Position numbers and translations under genes: made by a program
In this document: positions 1 through 8,083 of the stretch, piece by piece
Numbering within the stretch: position 1 is the first letter of the stretch
Layout of the letters: each line of letters opens with the position of its first letter
Notes under the pieces: generated by a model
Told to the model about the DNA's origin: nothing
Seen by the model: the letters and a program-made list of their open reading frames with translations, nothing else
The model's database searches: none
Source: an uncultured virus (IMG/VR IMGVR_UViG_3300033153_001312)
Lineage: Duplodnaviria; Heunggongvirae; Uroviricota; Caudoviricetes; Crassvirales
IMG/VR virus record: IMGVR_UViG_3300033153_001312
Length of the DNA: 64,000 nucleotides
Direction: 5' to 3' (one strand)

Positions 1-3
1 TTA

Positions 4-300
4 TTAGCATCTCCAACGTCTTAAAGCCATAGCTTTTCTGGTTGGCCTACCTTTTTTATCTTTTAATGGTCCTTTCATTCCTTTCATTCTTGCACAGAAT
101 GATCTTCTACGTGCAGCTCTTTTACCTGTAGCATTCTTTTCAGTTACAGCAGTTTTTAATTTACTACCAGGATTTGCTCTTCTATATGCAGCGACACCTT
201 TTTTAGTCATTCCTGCACCAGATTTAGTAGAACGATAGTTACCTCCTTTTCCTGTTGTTCTTCTTATTTGTCCTTTTTTTGTTCTGCCTTTTGTTGCCAT
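4..300 (-). CDS. Small Lys/Arg-rich phage protein (DUF6321-like)
   Basis: Very basic; C-terminal SFCARMKGM...ALRRWRC resembles a family common in aquatic phages. Confidence 0.6.
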   Translation of the reverse strand: MATKGRTKKGQIRRTTGKGGNYRSTKSGAGMTKKGVAAYRRANPGSKLKTAVTEKNATGKRAARRRSFCARMKGMKGPLKDKKGRPTRKAMALRRWRC

Positions 301-452
301 TACTTTTTCTTTGGCAATGATTTAATTTTTCCGTTTTCAGTACGTGCATATCTATGAGTTGAAGTTTCCATACTTGGTATTAATGTACCACAGTACCTAC
401 CACTACCATATTTCCAACATACTTTTTTTCCTGTTCTCATTTTCTTTGCCAT
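300..452 (-). CDS. Small basic hypothetical protein (50 aa, not in ORF track)
   Basis: MAKKMRTGKKVCWKYGSGRYCG...; TAA overlaps the next ATG (TAATG coupling). Confidence 0.65.
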   Translation of the reverse strand: MAKKMRTGKKVCWKYGSGRYCGTLIPSMETSTHRYARTENGKIKSLPKKK

Positions 453-458
453 AGTATT

Positions 459-761
459 TTATCTTGTTCTTCTAATTCTCATTTTTGTACTTGTTCTTCT
501 TGATTTAGGAGGTGGAAAGAAATCTGTCTTTGTAGACATCCTTTCCTTTTTTACGTTTCCATCTTTATCAAGATTCACTTTTTTTCTTTTTGATGCAGCT
601 AAATCTTCTTGAGCAGATTTGTTTTTATTAATTTTCTTCTGAATTCTTTTTCTTCTAAGGTTTCCAAAAATAGTTTTCTTTCCTTCTTCTTTTCTTTTCT
701 TAAGCTTTTCTCTTTTCTTAATTAGCTTATTTAATTTTTCTCTTGAAGTTTTTTTAGCCAT
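459..761 (-). CDS. Highly basic hypothetical protein
   Basis: 100-aa K/R-rich ORF with TATCTTTG promoter at 782-789. Confidence 0.65.
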   Translation of the reverse strand: MAKKTSREKLNKLIKKREKLKKRKEEGKKTIFGNLRRKRIQKKINKNKSAQEDLAASKRKKVNLDKDGNVKKERMSTKTDFFPPPKSRRTSTKMRIRRTR

Positions 762-790
762 AATATTTTTTTTTATTTAAACAAAGATAA

Positions 791-1210
791 TTATAATTTT
801 ATATTTTTTTTAAACCATTTGAATGCTTTGTTAACTAAAGTGTTTTCTTTTTTCTTTTGTATTTCTCTACAGTTAACACACAAAGAATCGCTAACAGTAA
901 TCCTAACACTGTCTACTATTTCCTTTACAACTATCTTATAATCAAAGACTAAACTGTCTTCACTTATAAGTTTTAAGTTGTTTAACTCATAAACACTTTC
1001 GTTAAACTTCTTTTCTATTTCTTTTATATCTCTTTTTTTACGCCAAAGATCTTGCTCAAGTAAAACTTTTTGTTTTTTCTGTTTGTTTACTTGTTCTATT
1101 GTAGCATCAGCGAGACTATCTATATCTATTGTTGGTTCTTCTGTTTCAATAATTAATTCTTCTGGTTGTGTACAAGAAAACAATAACATTATGAGAACAA
1201 ACCTATTCAT
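791..1210 (-). CDS. Putative lipoprotein with coiled coil (possible o-spanin)
   Basis: MNRFVLIMLLFSC lipobox-like signal followed by a helical region. Confidence 0.5.
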   Translation of the reverse strand: MNRFVLIMLLFSCTQPEELIIETEEPTIDIDSLADATIEQVNKQKKQKVLLEQDLWRKKRDIKEIEKKFNESVYELNNLKLISEDSLVFDYKIVVKEIVDSVRITVSDSLCVNCREIQKKKENTLVNKAFKWFKKNIKL

Positions 1211-1418
1211 TTATTTCTTGTAAAGTTTTTATAAACTTATCATTTAGCTTTTTATAATCACTTCGTAAAGTAATTACTTCTTCTTGTAATGCTTTAATTT
1301 GATTTGTAAGAGTTGTTTTATTATCAATATATAAATAACCAATTGCAATTAAACAAAAGAATAGTAATCCTGTTACAGGGTTAGCCGCAAAATCTTTAAA
1401 GTCTATTGGTGACTTCAT
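1203..1418 (-). CDS. Single-TM coiled-coil protein (possible i-spanin or holin-like)
   Basis: Hydrophobic VTGLLFFCLIAIGYLYI followed by heptad-like repeats; overlaps lipoprotein gene by 8 nt. Confidence 0.5.
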   Translation of the reverse strand: MKSPIDFKDFAANPVTGLLFFCLIAIGYLYIDNKTTLTNQIKALQEEVITLRSDYKKLNDKFIKTLQEINE

Positions 1419-1618
1419 TCTATAATTAGTGTATCTCCGTTTGCCTTCATACTTGCAGCTACTTCTTCATCTGTAAAAGTATATGATGTGTCTGTATCTA
1501 CCATATCTACAAATAAATCTACATCAAGAGTGAATATTTCATAAAGCTCTTGACCATCGGGTATCATATACTGCATAACATAATCATAATACTCTTGAGA
1601 TCCTTTTACTATTTCCAT
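1415..1618 (-). CDS. Acidic hypothetical protein (likely start MEIVK)
   Basis: Promoter motif at 1633-1640 lies inside the longer ORF call, favouring the ATG at 1618. Confidence 0.55.
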   Translation of the reverse strand: MEIVKGSQEYYDYVMQYMIPDGQELYEIFTLDVDLFVDMVDTDTSYTFTDEEVAASMKANGDTLIIE

Positions 1619-1653
1619 TTTTTGTATTTTTACAAAGATATAAATTAAATTAA

Positions 1654-2094
1654 ATGCCAAAGTCTACTCACAACTACCTAAAGTATTGGAGAGTTATACG
1701 CTATTGGGTAAAGGCTAAATACAATCTTACAACCCCTGATATAGAAATGATTCTATTTTTATATAGCGAAGAGTATTTCAATAAAACTAAATTTAAAGAA
1801 TTTGAAGAATTAATGTCTTGGGATGTAAAAAGATTTGACAGACTTTTAAGAGACGGTTGGATTCATGTGTGGAGAAAAGGATATGGTAAACATACAACCT
1901 TATACGAGCTTTCCTATAAAGGGAAGCGAGTGGCGAGTACAATTTATAAAAAACTTAATGGTGAAGAGATAGCAGAATCACCATCTATCAATCCTTTATT
2001 TAGAACGGATGCTTCTTATATGGATAAGGTTTATAGAAATTCTATAAAAGAACTTAATGAGTTTATAAAACAACAACGATATCTCTCTCAGTAA
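1654..2094 (+). CDS. Winged-helix (MarR-like) DNA-binding protein
   Basis: YNLTTPDIEMILFL...FDRLLRDGWI...YELSYKGKR pattern; TAAATTAAATTAA leader. Confidence 0.6.
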   Translation: MPKSTHNYLKYWRVIRYWVKAKYNLTTPDIEMILFLYSEEYFNKTKFKEFEELMSWDVKRFDRLLRDGWIHVWRKGYGKHTTLYELSYKGKRVASTIYKKLNGEEIAESPSINPLFRTDASYMDKVYRNSIKELNEFIKQQRYLSQ

Positions 2095-2320
2095 TAACAG
2101 TAAAACTATCATTATGTATAAGCATACTAAACCCAGCAGACTTATCATAATAAATAATTTGACCTTCTTTGATTTCTGAGACATCAGTACCTGGTTTTAT
2201 TACTTTACCTTTTTTATATCTAAACTCATCTGCATCTTCTGCAGTAAGTATTAACCCTGACTTAGTTTTTAATTCTTCTTTTACAGGTTTAATTATAACA
2301 TACTTGCCAATTGGTTTCAT
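2063..2320 (-). CDS. groES: Co-chaperonin GroES (Cpn10)
   Basis: MKPIGKYVIIKP, mobile loop KTKSGLIL, VITERDI. Confidence 0.9.
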   Translation of the reverse strand: MKPIGKYVIIKPVKEELKTKSGLILTAEDADEFRYKKGKVIKPGTDVSEIKEGQIIYYDKSAGFSMLIHNDSFTVITERDIVVVL

Positions 2321-2323
2321 ATC

Positions 2324-2494
2324 TTAATGTTTAAATATAGCATAAATTTTTGCTTTTCTTGATTGCTCAGTAATACGTCCTTTTATAGTTCTTGTAGGAA
2401 CTTCACATATTAATTCTTTACGAGGTTCTTCTTCTATTATTTGAGCCGAAGGCTCAAATTTTGGATTTTTTGAGTTAAGCTTTCTTCTTTTCAT
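2324..2494 (-). CDS. Hypothetical protein (56 aa, not in ORF track)
   Basis: MKRRKLNSKNPKFEP...IYAIFKH fills the groEL-groES gap. Confidence 0.5.
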   Translation of the reverse strand: MKRRKLNSKNPKFEPSAQIIEEEPRKELICEVPTRTIKGRITEQSRKAKIYAIFKH

Positions 2495-2563
2495 GTTTCT
2501 CCATGTTTTTAATTATGTTGTTTGTTTCTGTTTTTACACCAAACAGTTTTAAAATAAACTCTA

Positions 2564-4153
2564 TCATGCTCTCATATTTGTTACAATAGCATTAGTGCTA
2601 AGTATAGTTGTTGCTACACTTACTGCATTAGTCAGTGCGTTCTTTGTTACTTTCAGTGGATCAATAACACCCATCTCATACATATCTCCGTATTTATTAT
2701 TCTTTACATCATAACCGTAGTTATATTTTTTATCAAATATTTGATCAATAACTTTGTCATTATTTTTACCAGCGTTATTTAATATCTGCATAAGAGGTGA
2801 ACGAAGTGCCGATTCTAATATTAAAACTGCATCTTTCTCATCTTGGTTTTTAGTTTTAGCTTTTAACTTTAAAGATTCTCTAAATAATGCTATACCTCCA
2901 CCAGCCAATATACCTTCTTCAAGTGCAGATCTTACAGCACAAACAGAATCATCTACTCTGTCATACTTTTCTTTTTGTTCCATTTCAGAGTTACCTCCAA
3001 CATAAATACAACCAATAGCACCCGCTAAACTTGCTATACGTTCTTTTATAAATTCACGTGATGCTTTGTCTTTGGTATTTTTTTGTTGAACTTTTAACTC
3101 AGCAATTCTATCGTTTAACTCTGGTGTTATATTATCCTTTTTAAAAATTACAGTTGAATGCTCACCTACAATAACTTTATCTGCACTACCTAAGTCATTA
3201 GGCATAATTAAACTTAAATCATCACCAGTCTTCTCTGAATAGTATTTAGCTCCAACTGACATAGCGATATCTTGCATAAGCTCATGTTGCTTGTATCCAA
3301 ACTGTGGAGGAGCTATATTACAAAACTTTAAACCGTTACGAACTACGTTTGCCGCTAAAGTATTTATAACATTAGTAGAACATGGTGCAATAATTAACAG
3401 TTTATCTCCGTTGTTTATTACAGGCTTCAATACATTTTCTATTTGAAGTATGCTGTTAATCTCTGCATCGCACACTAAAATCTTAACATCATCAAGAATA
3501 CATTCATCTTTCTTTTGATTATTAATAAATAAATTAGATGACCAACCTCTTGCAATTTTAATTCCGTTAGTAACCTCTGCATATGTTTCAGATGTCATAG
3601 ACTTTTCTACAGTTACCATACCGTTGATTCCAACTTGTGTATATGCGTCTTTTATAATTTTACCAATATCTTTATCATTGTTAGCTGATATTGATGCAAC
3701 ATCTAACAACCTATCTTCTGTTACTTTTTTTGAATTACTTTTTAAATTAGATATAATTTTAGATGCATGAGTATTGATATGTCTAATAACTTCAGTTGTG
3801 TTTGACTCTGATGTTAATGTTTGTTGACCAGCTTTTACTAAAGCTTCTGTTAGTACAATAGCTGTTGTTGTACCATCACCCGCTGACTGAGCTGTACGAC
3901 TTGACGCTTCCTTCATCATCCTAACTGCTAAGTTTTCTATAGGATCATTTAAAAACACAGACTCAGCAACTGTTACACCGTCCTTAGTTACTGTCATGCC
4001 TGATGTATGATTTGGTGATTCTAACAACACTGTCTTGCCTAAAGGTCCCAATGTACTTTTGACTGCTTTAGAAATTTTAGTGATTCCTGTTATTAATTTT
4101 TGACGAGCTTCATCATCAAAGCTAAGTGTCTTTGGTATATAACCTTGTTCCAT
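2564..4153 (-). CDS. groEL: Chaperonin GroEL (Cpn60)
   Basis: STLGPLG, VTKDGVTVA, AGDGTTTA, EEGILAGGG, GVIDPLKV; lacks the GGM tail. Confidence 0.97.
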   Translation of the reverse strand: MEQGYIPKTLSFDDEARQKLITGITKISKAVKSTLGPLGKTVLLESPNHTSGMTVTKDGVTVAESVFLNDPIENLAVRMMKEASSRTAQSAGDGTTTAIVLTEALVKAGQQTLTSESNTTEVIRHINTHASKIISNLKSNSKKVTEDRLLDVASISANNDKDIGKIIKDAYTQVGINGMVTVEKSMTSETYAEVTNGIKIARGWSSNLFINNQKKDECILDDVKILVCDAEINSILQIENVLKPVINNGDKLLIIAPCSTNVINTLAANVVRNGLKFCNIAPPQFGYKQHELMQDIAMSVGAKYYSEKTGDDLSLIMPNDLGSADKVIVGEHSTVIFKKDNITPELNDRIAELKVQQKNTKDKASREFIKERIASLAGAIGCIYVGGNSEMEQKEKYDRVDDSVCAVRSALEEGILAGGGIALFRESLKLKAKTKNQDEKDAVLILESALRSPLMQILNNAGKNNDKVIDQIFDKKYNYGYDVKNNKYGDMYEMGVIDPLKVTKNALTNAVSVATTILSTNAIVTNMRA

Positions 4154-4403
4154 TGTATTAAATTTAATTTGAACAAATATAATAAATAATTATAATAAAT
4201 CACATTCCACTCTCCAAAGTTTTTTTTGGTATTAGTGGTTTGAAATTTTTTTATATATATATTATTATATATTATTTTTTTTTAACGTACCCAAGTATGG
4301 AATAAATAAAGAATAATAAGATAAGTAGTTAGAAATCAAAAAGTTACAAAATTTTTTGTTTGGAATATCTTTGGAATATCTCTGGTTTTAATCCGGAGTA
4401 TAT

Positions 4404-4430
4404 AAAAAAAAGAGGAGACAAAGCTCCTCT
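4404..4430 (-). terminator. Intrinsic terminator
   Basis: AGAGGAG-acaaag-CTCCTCT with A-run on the left, downstream of the 4457 gene. Confidence 0.7.
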
Positions 4431-4456
4431 AATTTTCAAACAAACAAATTAAATCT

Positions 4457-4654
4457 TTAGTACTCGTATATATTACGATCACCATCCATACGCATCTTTG
4501 CTCTTTCAATACCGTCAGCGATACAGTCTATCTTATATTGTTTTTTCATTTGTTGTCTCATCATAGACGCTCTCTCAATACCTGACACACCATCTGGGCG
4601 TTCATTTATTAAGCGACCATCTTTTATAGTTAGGCCTTGATAGTTATTAGTCAT
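4457..4654 (-). CDS. Hypothetical protein (likely start MTNNY)
   Basis: ORF between a TATCTTTA promoter-like motif (~4670) and a terminator. Confidence 0.55.
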   Translation of the reverse strand: MTNNYQGLTIKDGRLINERPDGVSGIERASMMRQQMKKQYKIDCIADGIERAKMRMDGDRNIYEY

Positions 4655-5070
4655 AGTCTGATTTTTTTGTAAAGATAATAAATTTTTATTAGACATTTAG
4701 GGGTTGAGGGTTCTACATACTTATACACATAACTACTGCTTACGGAAATGGAATTTTTTTGTTAGGGGGGGTAGGAATTTTGTTTCGTTTTATAGGAATT
4801 TTTTGTCTTTTTGTTTCACCCCACACGCACTTACACACCCCCACTCACGTACTCCCAGAGCTGTCTGTCGTTCGTTCTAACGCACTAACTAAAAACGTTT
4901 GACATCCCACATTACTTACTGTCAAAGTTAAAGAGAGGCAAGGAGACTTCCCTTAGCCACAGTCCGACTCACACACACATCAAACAAATCACACTGACAA
5001 ACTTGACTCAAGATATTCACTGTCAATATATTAAAAGAGAACTTCAATATTAAAATCCGACATCAATATA

Positions 5071-5102
5071 TTTGCATAGTTATTAAGTATTTTGTAACTT
5101 TG
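5071..5102 (+). promoter_or_regulatory. Bacteroidota primary-sigma promoter (TTTG-N20-TAACTTTG)
   Basis: Matches the -33 TTTG / -7 TAnnTTTG consensus, upstream of the first early gene. Confidence 0.75.
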
Positions 5103-5143
5103 TATTAATTAACAGAGGGTTACACCTCACTAAAAACAAACAG

Positions 5144-5509
5144 ATGAAAAACTTAGAAAACTTTATTAATGATGCATTCAATAAATGCGTAGATGATATT
5201 GAAAATAGACTTGAGAAGAATACTGATGAGTATCAATCACAATTTGAGACAGAGACAGAAAGACTTGAACGTGAAGAGAGAGAAGAAATGGAGGAACAAT
5301 CTATGATAGAAATATATCGTAACTACAATGATGATATTAAACTTAGACATGAACTAACTGAATTTGAGTTATGGAAAGAAGACAATGTTGTAACAATAAA
5401 AACTGTAAATGATTGTCCAATATACAGTACTCAAGATGCATTATATCGTAATAGACTTAAAGGTGATAAAGCACTATATGATTATTTCGTAAAAGAATTC
5501 CGTTGCTAA
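5144..5509 (+). CDS. Early hypothetical acidic protein
   Basis: First ORF after the promoter; A-rich leader. Confidence 0.7.
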   Translation: MKNLENFINDAFNKCVDDIENRLEKNTDEYQSQFETETERLEREEREEMEEQSMIEIYRNYNDDIKLRHELTEFELWKEDNVVTIKTVNDCPIYSTQDALYRNRLKGDKALYDYFVKEFRC

Positions 5510-5522
5510 AACCAACAGACTT

Positions 5523-5562
5523 ACGACACCTCAATGTTAATCGCATTGAGGTTTTCGTGGTA
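5523..5562 (+). repeat. Conserved intergenic hairpin, copy 1
   Basis: ACCTCAATG-ttaatcg-CATTGAGGT with outer ACGA/TCGT, then GGTA. Confidence 0.8.
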
Positions 5563-5596
5563 GAGGACTAATCCTCGCAAAATTAAATCAAACAAA

Positions 5597-6130
5597 ATGA
5601 ACGTAGAACAATTTAAAAACATAGATAAATATAAAGTAACTGAATTAAGTGATGCAATTGATAAAGCAATTGATGTATCATTTAGTCAAATGATTGACAC
5701 AGTAAGAACTCAATGTTATATGTCACAAACACAAGATAATTGGGAAGACTGTGATGATTTAGAATTTCTTGAAGACATTCCAATGTTATTCACTGATGGT
5801 AGAGATATCAAAGAGTCAATTAAAAATCAAATGAAACGTGTTGTTATATCAACACTAACTGATTCAGATTGGGTAGGTAAGAATGATGCAATGTACAACC
5901 ATGTACGTGATAACTCTTGGGTAAGTGATGATGAACGTGCAAAACGTAATCCTAATAAATTTAGACAACCACCAACATCTACAGATGCTAAAATTTATGC
6001 TGAAGATATGATGAGACACTATCGTAAAATGGAGAGAGTTGTTCAAGGTAACTTTGGTTCTGAAATTGCAATGGAATTCCGTAAATACTTATTCTTTTTA
6101 ATTACAAAAATGTCCAAATCTGGAAATTAA
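5597..6130 (+). CDS. Early hypothetical protein
   Basis: 177-aa ORF with A-rich leader. Confidence 0.7.
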   Translation: MNVEQFKNIDKYKVTELSDAIDKAIDVSFSQMIDTVRTQCYMSQTQDNWEDCDDLEFLEDIPMLFTDGRDIKESIKNQMKRVVISTLTDSDWVGKNDAMYNHVRDNSWVSDDERAKRNPNKFRQPPTSTDAKIYAEDMMRHYRKMERVVQGNFGSEIAMEFRKYLFFLITKMSKSGN

Positions 6131-6150
6131 TTTTTGATCATAGAAACTTT

Positions 6151-6191
6151 CCACGTGCCTCACTACTAATCGTAGTGGGGATTTCGTGGTA
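6151..6191 (+). repeat. Conserved intergenic hairpin, copy 2
   Basis: CCACG-tg-CCTCACTAC-taatc-GTAGTGGGG-attt-CGTGG-ta. Confidence 0.8.
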
Positions 6192-6220
6192 AAAAACAAA
6201 TAATAATAAAATATAATATC

Positions 6221-6865
6221 ATGAAAAATACAGTAAAAAAACTTGTTATGAGGGAAATGAGAATGCCTCATATACACTTTATAACTAAACAAGGAAAAGC
6301 AATCGTAAGAAAAAAAGAGTTGCAACACATAATATGTGAGGCACAGAAAAAGATTGAACATAAAAATAAACCACTTGGTGAAAATTCAGAATCAGTAACT
6401 GAAAAGATTGATGACAATGGTAGAAAATACTACACTCATTCAAGTGGGTTTTATAATGTCACAATTGGAAAATGGGTTGATGAAGGTTTGTTGACTCGTA
6501 GTAAGGAAGATGGATATAAATTAACAGAGTTAGGTAGATTATTTGCATCCACAGATACACGTGCATATGAGATTGAAAAGTGGAAACGTAAATTCAAATT
6601 AGAAAAGGCACGTGCTGATAGATTAAATTCTCACACTAATGATTTGTTAATTCAGAAAAGAAAATTACAAGACAGAATTGATGAGATTTATTTTGGAAAA
6701 GAATTTATGGATTCAGATGACAAAGGTAGTCTACAAGAATATTTTGTTACAGATGAGTGTCAATCTATTGTGACATCATCACCACCAAATTCAATCATCA
6801 ACACTTGCTTAACTAATATGCAAGAAAGTTTAAATTGCATAACACAACATATTAATAAAGAATAA
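6221..6865 (+). CDS. Early protein with wHTH-like segment and coiled coil
   Basis: KWVDEGLLTRSKEDGYKLTELGR wing motif. Confidence 0.5.
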   Translation: MKNTVKKLVMREMRMPHIHFITKQGKAIVRKKELQHIICEAQKKIEHKNKPLGENSESVTEKIDDNGRKYYTHSSGFYNVTIGKWVDEGLLTRSKEDGYKLTELGRLFASTDTRAYEIEKWKRKFKLEKARADRLNSHTNDLLIQKRKLQDRIDEIYFGKEFMDSDDKGSLQEYFVTDECQSIVTSSPPNSIINTCLTNMQESLNCITQHINKE

Positions 6866-6882
6866 TTTTGTTTGTTTTTGTT

Positions 6883-6923
6883 CCACCAACCTCACTGTTA
6901 GTCGCAGTGGGGTTTTGGTGGTA
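6883..6923 (+). repeat. Conserved intergenic hairpin, copy 3
   Basis: CCACCA-a-CCTCACTG-ttagtcg-CAGTGGGG-ttt-TGGTGG-ta. Confidence 0.8.
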
Positions 6924-6959
6924 GTGGGCAATAGTGCTTACAAATAAAATTACAAACAA

Positions 6960-7259
6960 ATGAAAAAATTAACTGACACAACTGATATGCTTAATGAAGT
7001 GTACAAAGTTGTACTTAATAACTATGTTTCAATTGGAAAAGATAACACAAAATGTATTTTTGATAAGATAGATGATTTGCAAAGAACAATTTTGAATAGT
7101 ATTGCTATCATTCCTATTAATGAGTATGAACTCACGGATTCGGGAGATTTAAAATTATATAGAAACGGAGTTCTGTGGAATACTTATTATAATGTAGACA
7201 GTATTGCACAAGCTAAAATATTAATCGCTGATGAAAATAAAAAACTTGGTTATGAATAA
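6960..7259 (+). CDS. Hypothetical protein
   Basis: ORF with A-rich leader. Confidence 0.65.
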   Translation: MKKLTDTTDMLNEVYKVVLNNYVSIGKDNTKCIFDKIDDLQRTILNSIAIIPINEYELTDSGDLKLYRNGVLWNTYYNVDSIAQAKILIADENKKLGYE

Positions 7260-7617
7260 TATAGAGATAAATAAAAATGATGTGATTAGATTTAAACACA
7301 CAAAAAATATGTGGACAATAAAATATCCACGTGGATGTGGCTATATGTATAAAGACAGATGTGATAGTTGCGTTGGACACGTGAATAAAGATTGGTTACA
7401 TTATATGATTCGCACAGAAAAAGCAGAATTAATTAAATCAAAAACCACAAAGAAAAAGTATCTATTAATGACTGAAAATGAATTTGATGATGGTGATAGA
7501 TTTATAATTACTGCTAACAGTTATAAAGATGCTAAAGAACAAGCAGATATGTGGAATGCAGAAATTCTTTGGGAAATAGGAATAAACGGAAACATTATTC
7601 AATTACCATCAGCATAA
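7252..7617 (+). CDS. Hypothetical protein (likely start MNNIE)
   Basis: Start overlaps the upstream stop region. Confidence 0.6.
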   Translation: MNNIEINKNDVIRFKHTKNMWTIKYPRGCGYMYKDRCDSCVGHVNKDWLHYMIRTEKAELIKSKTTKKKYLLMTENEFDDGDRFIITANSYKDAKEQADMWNAEILWEIGINGNIIQLPSA

Positions 7618-7626
7618 ATTAATTAT

Positions 7627-7740
7627 ACGACATTTTACCTTGTAGAAAGGTTTGGGTTAGACGTTTTACGAAAACTCCATCTGACGTAAAAAAAACCGTC
7701 AGTAGATAAAATCTACAAAGTAAGATGTCGTTTTTTTTTT
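7627..7740 (+). ncRNA. Candidate multibranch structured RNA or complex terminator
   Basis: Closing stem ACGACATTTTAC-c-TTGTAGA / TCTACAA-a-GTAAGATGTCGT, two inner hairpins, poly-T. Confidence 0.45.
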
Positions 7741-7855
7741 GATCATAGGTACTTACGAGCTTTTAGTACTTACGAGAAATTTATTTGATATTCAGTAGGA
7801 TATTAAGTATTTTTTATGTATTTTTACCAAACTTATTAATTAAAATTACTTACGA

Positions 7856-8083
7856 ATGAAATCTAAACATAGTACTTACGACTATTTATTAACACCTAAT
7901 AATAACATAGTTGTTCATTATGAACTTTATGAACAACCAGAGGCAGAAGACAGATCAACGCCAGAGAAAAAAGAAATAATAATAAACAAACTCGTACTTC
8001 ACGGTGATGAAGTGCAAGATGAATTAGATTTCTTAATAGAAAACATAGAATCAGATATGGACTTAAATTATGAAAAATTATGA
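7856..8083 (+). CDS. Hypothetical protein
   Basis: 75-aa ORF after a promoter-like motif. Confidence 0.6.
   Translation: MKSKHSTYDYLLTPNNNIVVHYELYEQPEAEDRSTPEKKEIIINKLVLHGDEVQDELDFLIENIESDMDLNYEKL

Noticed and set aside
4819..4857. G-quadruplex on the minus strand
   Set aside because: Only three G-tracts with long loops; insufficient support
5523..6923. Hairpin repeats as a CRISPR array, integron attC sites or N4-type virion-RNAP promoters
   Set aside because: Copies are separated by whole genes; no cas or integrase gene; no attC core boxes; G-U pairs and 5-7-nt loops do not fit N4 DNA hairpins with 3-nt loops
7668..7702. Hammerhead ribozyme core
   Set aside because: CTGACGT does not match CUGANGA and the stem arrangement does not fit
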